Below are positions 1-14,655 of a stretch of 64,000 bases of DNA, in pieces. Position 1 is the stretch's first letter; each line of letters starts with the position of its first letter. A model generated the notes under the pieces. The model ran no database searches. It worked only from the letters and a program-made list of their open reading frames with translations, and was not told the origin of the DNA. Made by a program: the position numbers and the translations under genes. This DNA is from Octopus vulgaris (lineage: Eukaryota), in the NCBI GenBank assembly GCA_951406725.2, contig OX597817.1, positions 41,230,001 to 41,294,000 on the forward strand, given 5' to 3'.

Positions 1-1006
1 TTTTATTTGCTGCACAACTAAACTGATAACAATCAAATGACTGGACATCAACAATTCTTTATCTGATTTAGTGACTGCATTTTCTCTCTAAACCAACATC
101 GGGCATCGGAAATTCTCAGGTGATTTCTGAGCATATTCAAACTGTCTCCTACTCAGATTTACACTAATTCATTCTAAATTATTGCATTGATCACATAAAA
201 GTCAATGTAATGATTGATTATAGAGGAGAAAAAAAAAGAAAAAGACAGAACAAAAATGAGACAGACATTCATAATTTTCTCAGGAAAAAGAAATAGCACA
301 CAAAACAATATTATATGTATTAATATTTAATAATTAATAAATATAGACGGGAATATAAAGTGAATATTTCCAGAAATATATCTAATAAATGCTACAAAAT
401 AAAAAAAAAACGAATTTTTTTTTCAATGCCCTGCTTGCACCGATTAGATTAACAGCAGGAGTCATTTTGCAATATGCTGTGAGACGCAAATATTTCAAAT
501 AAAGTAAATGGACATTTTAATATTCTAATTTTTGATTATAAATCACAAAAAGGGAAAACAAGTAAAGATTTTGTTTCTGAATGTTGGTTTTGGTCTCATA
601 CACATGTAACTGTGAAGGCAGGTGGCCTAGTGGTTAGTATGTTGCAATCATAGTCATTAGATCATGGGTTCAATTCCTGGACCAGGTGGCACATTGTATT
701 CTTGAGTAAAATACTTCACTTTTAACATTTACTAGATTCATCATCATCCATATGAATATATATTTTTTATTTAATTGGAAGAAGTTATGGAGTGACTAAA
801 GAACCCAGAGTTTCATGCATCAGCACTTATCAAACCTTTGATAAGTGCCAGTGCACTTGTATCTTATATAAATAAAACTACTTACTGTGTGAATTTGAAG
901 GTTCAATACCTCACAGTAACCAGCTGTTCAATCCTTAAAGGATAAACTATTACTCTTCAATTTACTTGAATTAGTTCTCTTCACCTTAGTTCTCTCTACA
1001 CTTGTA

Positions 1007-1037
<31 letters not shown>

Positions 1038-2282
1038 AAGAGAGTGTGTGTGAGGGAGTGTACATCTGCATGTGCACACTCTCATGCAGCTATACACACA
1101 CATATGCAAAGGGCTAAACGAATAGCAGATGAGACTGCTCAAGCTTCATACTAGCATGCTGTGAGCAATTTAAGGATTGGCAGCAATTCCAGCAAGGAAT
1201 TCATTTAGATTTAGTCTACAAGTAGATTCCAGTCTATAGGAAAATTGTTCAGGTGAACACTTGTTGGCTGAGATCAAAACTGGATGATATCCTTGGGAAC
1301 TTTTATAATATTTCTAAGATATCCTAGCAAATCTTCAACAAATGGGCTCCCTAAATTCAGTGATCTAAGTGGCTGTATGCATTCATAGAAAAACACAATC
1401 AATACATTAGCACATTCATATATTAAGATGTACATTATTTCAAGAATGCTTTTAACAGCAGAATCTACTCCACTTCAGATTTATAGATTGTAAAGTAGCA
1501 TAAATGCACACTAATTAGGACATAAATAATAACAATAATCATAATGATGATAATAATGAATTCTTAAACAGATATAAACACACACAAATATATATAGGAT
1601 ATAATTTATTATAGTACTGTCCATATGTCTTTCATAGAATTCAGTCCAATATGGGTTTCTGTAGTCAACTGAAAGCTTACATAATTTGCAAATACCTCTC
1701 TAACTATGACCACCACCTTAAAGTCTCCACCTTAAAGCAACATGGTTGAACAATCTTAATCTAGTTTTACTACCTCTATCCACAATTAGTATTCAACAGG
1801 TAATTGATTCGACAGCAAATCTTTTAATAAATATATCTTTCTTCTTTATTCTAACTCACATTTCTTGCATTGAAACCACCTCTGGCCAAAGTTACAACTA
1901 ATGCACTGAGGGTGCCTCGAAGTGGTTGCTTGCCATGCTAGAAATAGCAGCTAAATCCCCCTTCAACTCATACCTTAGCCTAAAATGTAAAAATGAGATG
2001 GTCATGTTAAGAATGTCATTGATCATAGTCTCTGCATGATCAGAGCTAACCTACAGCTGGACAATAACTAATGTCTCATTTAGAGGTATGTGTCTCTATT
2101 TCTAATATTTCCTAGACATTCTTATTTAAAAGACTTCCAGAGCTTCCTGACTCATGCCAAACTGTACAACAAACAACATTTCACAGGCAGGGTATATAAA
2201 GTAATTGCAAATTTATCTTACAATATATTCTCAGTATTATACTAACAGCTATCCATAAAGACAAATAATAATAATAATAATT

Positions 2283-2927
2283 GTTTCAAATTTTAGTACA
2301 AGGCCAGCAATTTCAGAGTTAGAGAGTCAATTGATTATGTTGGCCCCAGTATTTGACTGGAAACCTTATTTTATTGACTCTAAAAGGATGAAAGGCAAAG
2401 TTAGTCTCAACAGGATTTGAAATCAGCAAGTAAAGAACTGGAAGAAATACCACTAAGCATTTTATCGAAAGCTATCATAATTCTGCCATCACATTTTTAT
2501 AATAATAATAATAATGATCAAGACAATAATAATAATAATGAAAATCATAACCATAATAATAGTAATAATAAGAGCACTAAGAAAGTGCAAACCTCTGCTA
2601 AAGCAATACTAACGTCCTCTCAATGATTAGCCAGGGATGATTTTTACAATGAGAATATCTGAAATAAACTTGACTGCTCTCACAAACAAGAATACTAAAA
2701 ATGAACCTGACCGCTTTCAAAAATTAATCAAAAAGAAACCCAGGAAAAATAATCCAGAATCCTTGTCTGGTACTAGATCGATCCCAAAATCTAATCAGTT
2801 TGTGCCAGTCACAAGGCCAAACATCCCTGAAAGTTTAATCTGAATCCATCAAATGGTTCTTGAGATATTTTGTCTATGGACAAACAAACACAACTGAAAA
2901 CAATACCTTCACCTTCGCTAAGGCAGA

Positions 2928-2985
<58 letters not shown>

Positions 2986-3197
2986 GTTCCAAATTTTGGC
3001 ACAAGCCCAGCAATTTTGGGGAGTGGGCTAGGTGAATTACATCAACCCCAGTGATCAACTGGTACTTACTTTACTGACCCCCCTGAAATTATGAAAGACA
3101 ATTTGACCGTGGCAGAATTTGAACTAAGAACATAAAGATGATAAAATGCCACTAAGCATTTTACTTGGCATACTAACAATTCTGCCAGTTCCCTGCC

Positions 3198-3252
<55 letters not shown>

Positions 3253-3470
3253 TAATAATAATAATAATAATAACAATCCTTTCTACTAAAGGCACAAGGT
3301 TTGAAATTTTGGGGGACAAGATCAGTTGATTACATCAACCCCAGTACTTAATTTATAGACCCTGAAAGGACGAAAGGCAAAGTTGACCTCGGCAGAATTT
3401 GAGCTCAGAATGGAGTGATGAGCAAAATACTGCTCATCCAGCATGCTAACTATTCTGCTAGCTTGCAACT
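2283..3470 (-). mobile_element. Cluster of three family B tRNA-derived SINEs (about 2283-2490, 2985-3198 and 3276-3470) with (ATT)n tails
   Basis: Each contains aaaggatgaaaggcaaagt-gacc...gaatttgaactcagaa, the reverse of the B box plus central domain. Confidence 0.8.
2568..2930. mobile_element. Helentron-associated (HINE/DINE-like) non-autonomous element
   Basis: Short subterminal inverted motifs acctctgc and gcagaggt are present, with a terminal hairpin accttcaccttcgctaaggcagaggt. It is embedded in (AAT)n with no ORF. Confidence 0.55.
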
Positions 3471-3474
3471 TTGA

Positions 3475-3532
<58 letters not shown>

Positions 3533-4658
3533 TTAGAAATATTTGTTTTTCTCTGTTGGCAACCCACAACAACAACAATATACTACATGTAAAAAGTTTG
3601 TTTTGTTTATTTATACGAAAGTCTTGAGTTGCAGAAGTTTTAAAAAAAAAATTAACTGAAACTTTAAAAAAAAAATTTATTTAAAATTTATCTACTAATT
3701 ACAGATATATAATTACATTCATGACACTCTCAAAAAATGTTAGAAACGAAATTATAAACTTAATGATTCAAATATGATTTCTGAGATGTCATAACAGATA
3801 TTATTGTCTAAATTTGATATGAAAATGTTTTGAGAAATTGTGGATGAGTTTGTACAAGATAGAAATGAAATTAATGATCAAATCCTGGTTTGGCATAAAT
3901 GAATTTTAGGATATCTCCAGGAAATTATTATAGCGAACTGAGGCTAGTTTAAATTATATCTGAATGTAAAGGGGGAAGGAATCGAATCATTAAAGAATTT
4001 TATTAGATTAAAACTAGAAACTGGCAGAACTTGAGATTTATTAGATATATGAGAATAGCTTTCTAAAGTGACATTTTCTAAACGCAGAATATAATAAACC
4101 AGTGATAATGAAATGTGAAGTTTTGTACAAAGTTGAAGGAAGTAATAAATGCAAAACAAATAGTTATTTCACAAGAAGAGCAGAGAGAATATTTAATGAA
4201 CGACTTACAGATTGTGTTTCAAAAGGAATACAGATAGAATAAAATAACGGAAGATAGACAACAACAACAACAACTACAACAACAACAAAACTATGATAAT
4301 CATTCTAATTGCTGTCTGATTGGCTGTTCTGGTTCTACTGTTATTTGGCACGGCTCAAGCATTCTGAAACCAAATACAGATTTTGCTAGCATTTCATGCA
4401 TGAAGATATATTTAATTGTGAAATGAAGCAATGAGTCAGGTAGTTTATTAATTGACTCCCTTATTTGTGATAAGGTGTTTGGATAATTTTAAATCAACAT
4501 TAACCAAAAGCCATTCATACGCTGAGAGTTTAAAGAATTTCAAAAGATATATCTGAGTAAAGAAACTATGGCTTTTCATAATGAAACAAAATGTTTGTAA
4601 TTATAAACCAACTAGAGAGAACATCTCCCTCTTTCTCTCTAGAAATCACACTAATACA

Positions 4659-5061
4659 GGTGTAAGAGTGGCTGTGTGGTAAGTAGCTTGCTTACGAACC
4701 ACATGGTTCCAGGTTCAGTCCCACTGCATGGCACCTTGGGCAAGTGTCTTCTACTATAGCCTTGGGCCAACCAAAGCCTTGTGAGTGGATTTGGTAGACA
4801 GAAACTGAAAGAATCCTGTCGTATATAAGTAAATGTGTGTGTGTGTGTGTGTTTGTGTGTCTGTGTTTGTCCCTCCAACATCGCTTAACAACCGATGCTG
4901 GTGTGTTTACGCCCCCGTAACTTAGCAGTTCGGCAAAAGAGACCGATAGAATAAGTACTAGGCTTACAAAGAACAAGTCCTGGGGGCAATTTGCTCGACT
5001 AAAGGCGGTGCTCCAGCATGGGCGCAGTCAAATGACTGAAACACATAAAAGAATAAAAGAA
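4659..5061 (+). mobile_element. tRNA-derived SINE, family A (full length)
   Basis: It has an A box (tggctgtgtgg), a B box (ggttcagtccc), an internal (TG)n tract, and a 3' end ggcggtgctccagcatgg...tgactgaaac with a (taaaaga)n tail. There are many copies in the window. Confidence 0.9.
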
Positions 5062-7756
5062 TAGTAAAAAAGGGAAGGATGTAATCCCAGATACACTATG
5101 TATAGTAAAAAAAAGAATAGATGATCATGGTTGGACTATCATTGATAGGGCTGACCTTGGGGTAAACAACAAGGCACTCATAATCACAAATTCAGAATTC
5201 GTTTTATACAGCTTACAATAAAACAAGATAAAGTAAGTATATCGCATCTTAATTGAATAGACAGTATTAGTGTCATAAAGTTAGTATTTGTTGTCTTCCT
5301 CTTCATCATTTTAATGTCCGCTTTTTCCAGTCTAGCATGAGTCAGACAAGAATTATGAAGGCAATTTTCTACATCCAGTTATCTTTCTGTCACCAATGCT
5401 CGCTTGTTTCCAAGTAAGATAAAAGTTCCTTTGGTCTTTTAGAATGACATACAGCTCAATAATACAAACAATTATACCATCTTTATGTCAAGATATACAC
5501 ACACACAAGCACGTGTGCTCACACACACACACACACAGAGGCTTTCAAACAGTTTCAGTTTACTAATTCCACTCAAGAGCCTTGGTTAGCCCGAGGCTAA
5601 AGCAGAAGGTGCACAGGAGGAATGAACCTGAAACCACAAAGTTTGTGAAGCAAATGTCTAACCAATGATTAAAGAGCTCATCATCATCATCAATGTCGAT
5701 TCTCCATAGGTTGGACAGTTTGACAGGAGCTGGGAAGCTGGAGAGCTGTATTAGGTACCAATTGTCTGTTTTGGCATGGTTTCTATGGCTGGATGCCCTT
5801 CCTAATGCCAATCACTTTACAGAGTGTACTGGGTGCTTTTTATGTGGCACCAGCACAAGTGCTTTCTGCACAGCCTCAGCTATTCAAATATCTAGGTACC
5901 AGATTGCTGAAGATAAAATGGAAGATAATATATTATATATATATACAAGAGATAAAAGTTTTTCAATTTTCTCCTGGTTTACGGTATTAATGTTATTTTG
6001 CGGTTAAAGCTTTTGGCTGTTATTTCTAGTGGGTGAATGGCCTATTATGGCCGTTCCTTGATTGTGATATACAAGAGATAATATATTAAGTTGGACACGC
6101 TGAGTTTTATAAAAAAATTTTGTCTGGTTAAGTTTATTCAGAGGAAGAAGAGAAAGTAAGGCCTCTGTTAGTCAAGGCTGAACATGCAAGCCTGAACAAG
6201 ATTTTTTTTTTTAGGAAGACTAGCAATTTCCCATAATGCAAATCTTTCCTTTCCAAGACACAGACATGTATTCAAGGAAAAGGTCACCTATTTCAGCCAA
6301 TACAGCTTAACACAATTCATTGCATGCATTATTGTCAGAATGCAAAGGACCAGGACAGATACAACAATACATCTTGCCAGCTTGACTCTTTAACAGTTCT
6401 GTCAGTTCACATCTCTGGCTTGACACCTCTTTTATTGACCTTGAAAGGACAAAAGGCAAAGTTGACCCCAGTGGAATTTGAACTCAGAATGCAGAGAGTC
6501 AAAACATTGTGAAGTATCTTATCCAACACCCTAACAACTTTGCCAATTTTTCTGTCTTAGTGAGAAGGAACATAATAGTTATTAATTGTTATTCTCAGAC
6601 CAGATAGTTGCTCGAGTCTCACAACAAAGTGGACTCCACAAAAGGCATCAAAGAGCCAGGAGGCAATGTTAAACAAAACAACAGATAGAAAATAGGAACA
6701 AGCTTTTAACAGGCTTCTATACAGTTTCCATCAACTGAATTTCTCTCACAGGCTTTGGCTGGCACAATGTCATGACAGAAGACACTTTCTGTAGAGTGGG
6801 ATTAAAACCAAACCACCCGGTTGCAAAGTGAACTTCTAGACCACATAACCATGCCCAAAGAATGAATTTACAAATTTCCTCAATTTACTTGCTTCAGCCA
6901 GAAACTGTGGTCATGCTGGAGTACCACCATCACTTTTATGAAGAACTTCTTTCAGCTTCCATCTTACAAGGTTTGGTTGACCCAAAGCTACAGTAGAAGA
7001 CATTTGCCCAAAAGTGATGTGCAATGGGATTGAACCAGAAACCATGTGGTTGGGAAGCAAACTTCTTAACCACACAACCATGCGTGAGTTACAAATTTCT
7101 TGAAATATATATTTTTACAGATGGATGCCATTGTGAATAAGAACCATTCAATTCTAAAGTGGCACACTGTTTTCAGCTAGGTAGACTGAGGCTAGCAGTG
7201 CATTGAACCATAGTCATGGTCACAACCTAAGGCCTGCCAAAGGTTTGAATATTCTAATTACTAAGCCACGGAACTATAAATTACATTCAGTAGAAGGAGG
7301 AAAGGTGATTTATGCAACATTGTGAATGGCATGAAGGCAGGTAATTGATGAGAAAGCAGAACGATCTAAACAAAGAAGGGAAGAGGAAGAGAGAAAGGAG
7401 AGAGGGAAAGAGGTGAAGAAAGGAAAACAGAAAGGAAATTGAAAGAGGAGGTTAGAGTGGCAAAGAGAGAAAGTGAGAGGCAGAGAGAGTGTGTATGTAT
7501 CACGAAGTGAGGAGGGAGGAGACAGAAAGGAGTGAAGAGGGAGGAGGGAGAGAATAGAATTGGATGAACAGATGGTTTTATTATAGCTAGTATGAAACCA
7601 TAAAGTACTGAGTAGCAGAATAATGAATGCTAAAAGAGGCAATAGGAAACCCCATCTGAATGGTGGGGCACTAACTGGAACCTGTTAATGAAATAAATTA
7701 AGCTAATCAAAAGAGGATGCTTTTATTTTTCAGGAAGAACTGAAAACTGTTGTTAT

Positions 7757-7790
<34 letters not shown>

Positions 7791-8336
7791 AAGAGAGAGA
7801 GCCTTTCTCTTCAATATATGAAAGCAATATTCATCAATTGAGAAGGGTGGAATATGGGCTTATAAGAGCATTAAGAAGTGCTTAGGGATAAATTCCTCAT
7901 TTTTGGCCATGATTAGGATACAGTGACTAAAGAACACCTCAGAATGATTCTCTGACAAAAATATTACTGAAAGAGTAAAGAGCGTTTCCCATAGTTACTT
8001 AATGTCAACATTCCCAAGTTAAGAATATTAAATATGATTGTGATTAGGTAATGTGAAAATTAGTTCTAAATTATGATACTTTTCTCAAAGAAGACATTTA
8101 TTGAAATGTCTGAGTTGAGGTTGAGTTAATAAAATTATCAGACCATTTTCCAGACAATTAGCACCATCTTTAACAGATACATCTCCACTATGTTCAGATT
8201 GGTTTCAACCACAATGGCCATCAGTTGTCTCATTCATGGATGTGTAGCTAGCACCAGGATGGATTTGAACCGGGAACTACATATATGAATCGGAAGTCTA
8301 ATGGATAACTTATTTTAAAATATCAGTGTGTACAGT

Positions 8337-8705
8337 GCAGGCATAGCTGTGTGGTAAGAAGTTTACTTTCCAACCACATGGTTCAAGGTTCAGTCCTAAT
8401 GAGTGGCACATTGGGCAAGTGTCTTCTACTATAGCCTCAGGATGACCAAAGTCATGTGAGTGGATTTAGTAAACAGAAACTGTAAGAAGCCCATCATATA
8501 TACATACAATATATGTGTGTGTGTCTTTGTGTCTGTGGTGTTGGTGTGTTTATGTCCCTGTAACCTGGCGATTTGGCAAAAGATACTGATAGAATAAGTA
8601 CCAGGCTTTAAAAATTTAATACTGGGGTTGATTCATTCACCTAAATTTTTTCAAGGTGGTGCCCTAACATGGCCATAGTCTAATGACTGAAACAAGTTAA
8701 GAAAG
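8337..8705 (+). mobile_element. SINE family A
   Basis: Colinear with 4659-5061. Confidence 0.85.
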
Positions 8706-8862
8706 AAGATCTAATATTAAGACACCAGATGGTGATAGGTGATGGAAGTAATTCAAAGAGAATGTAGACAAAGAAAATCTTTCAACCGCAAAACATGACA
8801 TTTAAGATTCCAAAGACTGAATATCTTATGAAGAAATTTCATATAACCAATCATATATTTAA

Positions 8863-9074
8863 TCTCCTTTATCACTGATTCATTCATCACTGATCAAGGA
8901 CAACATGGTATACTATTTGCAAACTGTGTTATGCTTAACAGGGAGTGATCTGTGATAACACAGATTGGTGATCAGTCAAAGATTCTGCTTGAACCACAAA
9001 CATTTTAATTTATATGTTCTGTATTTCATTTATCACAGGTGTTTTGTGGAACCAAATACCTGTGATAAATGAGA
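8863..9074. repeat. Unclassified hairpin-ended interspersed repeat, copy 1
   Basis: It is homologous to 58108-58235 plus 58575-58624. It carries repeated ATCAC(A/T)G motifs in both orientations. Confidence 0.7.
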
Positions 9075-9196
9075 ATAGATGTCTTCTGTTATGACCAAAG
9101 TCGTCTTAAAGAATGCATAGCACCCCAAATGAAATCCAACATTCAGGACACAAAAATATAGTAGTAGCAGTGGTAGTAGTGTTAAAGGTGATTTAC

Positions 9197-9333
9197 CTGG
9201 CTCCTTCAAGAGGTGTGAGGTAGACGTCATTGCCTTCAAAGTCCACAATACAGTGCTCTGGCATGATTCCCAGGCCACTGAGGTGAATATCTTGTTGAAC
9301 AGCAGCATCGGTGCGGCCAACCAGTGTATGCTC
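9197..9333 (-). CDS. KIF13: KIF13A/B-like internal exon, N-terminal half of the FHA domain
   Basis: The acceptor is cttttattcaacag| and the donor is AG|gtaaat. The exon is 137 bp, phase 0/2, and translates EHTLVGRTDAAVQQDIHLSGLGIMPEHCIVDFEGNDVYLTPLEGA(R). It continues ...YYLK directly, as in KIF13B (EHTLIG...QDIQL.G.GI.PEHC). This reading frame is not in the ORF track. Confidence 0.95.
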
Positions 9334-12300
9334 CTGTTGAATAAAAGACAAATGCAAACAGTAGTATCTTCACCAAGACAACCCTGAATTCAGAAATATA
9401 CCAGTAACAAAAAAAAAAAAAAAGGAAGAATACAAAAACAGAAAAAAACACATGGCGATCAAACGTTCATTTGAAGATTATGAGCAAAGCTAATTCAGCA
9501 ATCAGTGAATTCTAATCAAAAGTATTAATTATTTAGTTGCCATATAAATTAAATAATTCTAGTACATCTCATTCTTTGATATTTGAAACAAGAAGCTCTG
9601 TTAAAAAGATAAAATATAAAAACTGTAAGGATAGAATCGAGTATTAAGAAGAACTTTGTGGAAAAACTTAATAACTATTGTAAAAGTTTTTAGAAGAAGG
9701 AAAATGGAAAACAAAACAAAACATGATTCTAAGACAAATAAAACAAAATTCTTAAATACATTGAACTAGTGTTTTGATGCTATTGTTTGGTGAGTTGGAT
9801 TCTGAGATACTTGGATCTATTGTACTCTTTGAAAATGTTCCCTGCTAAGAACAACTAACTAGAAATTGCATCAGACATGGATGAATCATTCCTCATGACA
9901 ACCACTCATTAAAGAATGCAATCTATTTTTGACTTTCCTGGTGACAAATGTTACTTGTACAAATTAGTAAATTCAGGAATGACAGTTGTCTTTCTAAAAC
10001 TTATCTTTAGAAGTAGTAGCAACAGAAGGAATGGGAAACTACTTTAGAATACATCATCATTAGTTTTTAATGAGTTATTTTAAACAATTACAAGTTTACA
10101 GGTAGACCATAACCATATTAGGTGTTAGTATATATCTTGGAATCCAGAAATTAAATAAATTTCAGATTTATTGGTTAAAGAAATGTCAGATTTAGAAGTT
10201 AAATAAGTCTAAGTCTTGAGTAATGTTTTCAGTTTCTACAGAGACAGCATTGACCTTAATTTCTATAATTCATTTAGAATTATTTAATGATTCTTCCACC
10301 TTGTTTTCGTGTTTTGTTTGTAAGTTCTTTTTTCTAACTCTACATTCCAACCTGCTTCTTTTCCAACAAGAATCTTTAAACAAGAAACCATTCTCTTTAC
10401 TTGGATTCAAAATGTTGATGTTATAGAAGTGCAATGAAACTGCTACAAGGCAACACATTAAGCACCACAATTAAATGTGAAATTTGAGGAAAGAGAAAAT
10501 ATTTAGCAAAGTTAGAGCAAAGAAATGTGATTGTTAGTTTGGTTATGAAGTTCATTTGAAAATTATAAATAAAAAGATCATAAATGAAAGAACTTAATGT
10601 TGATGTATGATGGAGGGATGGTTGATAGTAGTGACGATTTGGTTGCATGTAAATTGATGTTGAAATAATGCTTTTAATTGTAAAACAGCAAAAGTAAAGA
10701 ACATTTAATCAATTAATTAGAAATACATATTGACTGCAGGAAAAAAACAACAACGACAAAAAAAAAAAAAATCAAAATATTGTACTGGTTGCCATGTTTG
10801 AAACACAAGAGAATTTTTTTTTCTTTCCCCAAAACAAATTCTTTGATGCATATGTTAGCAGAAGGAAGTGGATATTCTGGTGAAATAAAGCACAGAAAAC
10901 TTGGTGAACTTCAGATGCCATTCACCAATTGGATTATATTTTATATCTGTTCTGTAGTCATATAACTTGATCTACTTGGAAGAATACAGCATACAACTTG
11001 ATTGACAGACTACATAAATTCACCATAGGAAAATAAGGACCATTGCACCTAACCTAGATTACAACTTGACATATTGAGATGATAAATCTCTATGCCTGTC
11101 CCAAGAGTTTGACTGCAGAGCTCTTTATATTACAAAGTTCTGTATTGTTCTGTAATATGTCTACAGAATGGTACAGTAATCATACAAGCATGGAAAACTC
11201 ACAGTGACATATGTTTGCTGAAAGTTAGGTATGATAATGTGTGATGATTATGAAGATGATGATGATGATGAAAATAATGTATTTATAATTAATGTACAAA
11301 ATATTTTGTATAAAAGATAAAACCAAAAGAAAAGGACAACCCGCCCCACTAAAAAAACAAAGAAATAAACACAAAGTCAATCTCAATGTGTAATTAATTA
11401 GAAACATAATAATTTTACAAGCTGTCTGTTCACTACTAGCCACTGAAAGAACAATAACAAAAAAAAAAAAAAGCTACAACCGCATAAAATACATTTAAGA
11501 TATAACAAAAAATAGATAAAATAAAATCTAGGTTATTGTATTTCATTGCCATGGTTTTTGTTTTTTAAATTAATGTAAAACATAATTGTTTTCAAATACT
11601 ACAATGAAATATTCCTTACATTTTAAACTGAATTTGCTTGATATATTTTTAAGCATAAATATTGATTTCTGTTTAACATACGCATAATTATACTTCATGT
11701 TTGAGGGGAGGGAATAGGTGATTATATTGATACCAGTGTTTGGTACTTAATTTGTCATCTCTGGAATGATGAAAAAGTCAAAGTCTACCTAAGCTGGAAT
11801 TTAACTCAAAATGTAAAAAGGATGGAATTAATTGCCACAATGCATTCTGTCCGTTACTCTCTCAATTCTGCTAGGTAAATATTGAAAAGTGAGAAGAGCT
11901 TTATCACTGTCATACGAATTTAATTCTATAAAAAAAGCACATGCAGTCAGCTTGTCGGCATGTATGCATGATGTAAAGCTATTCAGCATGAGCATGACAG
12001 AACATATGATTATTGAAGCATATTTATAGATAAATATACATGTCTATGCTTAGATATACAGCGGAATGCATGCACACATGTGCATATCCACACACACAAA
12101 CATGCACCTAACATGGAAATGTTTCGAAAGGGAATTGACCTGTCATATGTATTGAAAATTGATATTGATGCATTTTCAAAGAGTTATATTGTCCATTTAT
12201 TAAATTCACATGTTATTTTCAGTGAATTAAATAGTTTATTTGCTTAATAAATAGCTAATATAATGTTGCCATCATGTAGCCAGCTAGCTAGCTAGCTAGC

Positions 12301-14289
12301 TCACTAGACAGACCGTCAGACACTCAGATAACTACAGGAAAGGATAGAATAAAAGCATGCTCTTGAAATTATTTGGGATCTGAATCATATTTTTTTAAAG
12401 TCATAAATAATTCAAGATGAGAAGCATGACACCACTCCATGGAAAATGTAATTTTTTTTCTGCTGATTTTTATCTTATCGACATTTGGTAACCAAGCACA
12501 CACCTTACTCAAAAACCCTTCAACTCTTCCATATACCTTTATTCATTAATTTGGCTTGGCTACTACAGTCCTACCACATTGAAGCATACTGAATTTTCCT
12601 CTGCACTGAACAGTTTAGCCAACCCAATTTATCCTCTAGCAATACCTTTGTATTGTTTGAGTAAATTAAACTAAATTCAATTTGGTTTAATTTACACGCA
12701 GTGTCAAATAAAGACTAAGATTTATTCTGGAGTGCATTATTATATCGAACTAGAAACAGCTTAATGCATCATTATCAATAGAACTAGCTGCCAACATGCT
12801 ATTTATGCAAATCAGATTTTCCAGTATAATGAAGCCCTTAATTCTAGTGGCTATAAATACAATGTCTTCATGGACAATTATAGAAACGATGATTTGTTCT
12901 TGAAGAGATTCCAAAATGAAATAAAACTTGTTGGATTGATCCCTCTTTTTCTGTCCATTAAGAGATTGTTTAAAAGACAGTTATTTACAACTGTCCTGTT
13001 TAATTAATTGTTTTAATTAATTTACACAAATGCAGTATTGAGAGAAAATTTAGATTTATTCAAAGATACATTATAGTGTCAAAACACAGAGCCTTTTAGT
13101 TTTTAACTTTTAATCAAGAGGAAAGTTAAATGGAAAGTATCCTCAAACAGGAGGCCTGATCTGAATGCTTTCATCAGAGTGGACTCTGCTAAATGCACCC
13201 AGGGTGCTAGGGGATGGTTTTAAAATGGGTAACGGATGAAGTCTACAACACTTACGGGCCATGGTGGTATTTGAATTCAGAATGCAAAGAGCCAGAACAA
13301 ACATACATCACAAGAGATTCAATCTGATGCTTTTATAATTCTTCCAAATCCACTGTCTCCCACCACCCCGAGATAAAAAGCAAAATCAACATTGGCAGGA
13401 TTAGACCTCAGAATGCAGGCAGTTGAAACAAACACTATCATGCAGTCTATCAGAAATCTAACAGCTTGTCATATATATATATATACACACACACATACAT
13501 ACATACATACACACGGGTATGTGTAAACCTATATATATATACAAATATGTCAATTTTGCCTATTCCTCCATAGATCGAAGAAAATGATGAACAGATTCAA
13601 TCAATTTTTGACCCTTATTGGGAGGGAAGGGGTCTCATCAGATGTCTACATCATGTGACCAATCCCAGAGAAACAAGTCGCCAATTTATTCATAGATACA
13701 TATACACAGTTTCTGTTCATTTGTGGCATAAAAACAAAAAAAAAAAATCACATTAGGCCTCGTGCTGAAAGAGTGTAAAGGCTGACATGTATTTGTTAAC
13801 ATGTGAGGTGAAAAGGAATTGTTTCTGAATCATCAGTTTGTTCAATCAGTCTTTCAGTCGGCTGTACACACCAATGGATTGATGAGGGACAACTGGTAAT
13901 GGTGCAATGATGAATGACAGTTAACTTTAATGATTACATGATCACTTGAAAATGCAGCAAACACCATTAACTGTCATTTTTTCTCAATCTGCTGATGTGT
14001 ACATTAAGGCCAACTGAGTGAAGCCTTAATCTGGAATGTAATCCATTTATGACAGACACACACAAAATACAATGCAACTAATAAATAAATGGATCTCTGT
14101 CAAGGTTTCTGAGAATGGGCTTTCAGTTGTTCGATCAACTGAACTAACAGATTCATTGAATAAGCAAGTAAGTGGCTGAGTATCTCACAGACATGTGTAC
14201 CCTTAATGTAATCCTCTGTGACAAGGCTGGACCTTTGAATTTCAAGTGCAGGCCCATCTGATGGACTTCCTTTTACTATTCATTTATCC

Positions 14290-14655
14290 ATGTGGCTGTG
14301 TGGTAAGAAGCTTGCTTCCCAACTTCATGGTTCTGGGTTCAGTCCCACTGAGTGGCACCTTGAGCAAGTACCTTCTACTATAGCTTCCAGCCAACCAAAG
14401 CCTTGTGAGTGGATTTGGTAGATGGAAACTGAAAGAAACCAGTCATATATATGTGTGTATGTGTTTGTCTCTGCAACATCGCTTGACAACCAATTTTGGT
14501 GTGTTTATGTCCCCAAAACTTAGTGGTTCTGCAAAAAAATAGAATAAGTACTAGGCTTACAAAGAATAAGTCCTGGGGTCGATTTATTCCACTAAAGGTG
14601 GCGCTCCAGCATTGTTACAGTCAAATGACTGAAACAAGCAACAGAATAAAAGAAT
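14290..14655 (+). mobile_element. SINE family A
   Basis: Colinear with 4659-5061. Confidence 0.85.

Noticed and set aside
886-933. Short AG...GTAAGT-bounded minus-strand segment as the next KIF13 exon
   Set aside because: It has stops in all three frames and lacks the expected VNG...HGDRILWGNNHFFR sequence.
4659-4735. tRNA-like heads with A and B boxes (also 48861 and 59440-59509)
   Set aside because: They run directly into SINE bodies and lack a proper cloverleaf and terminator, so they are not tRNA genes.
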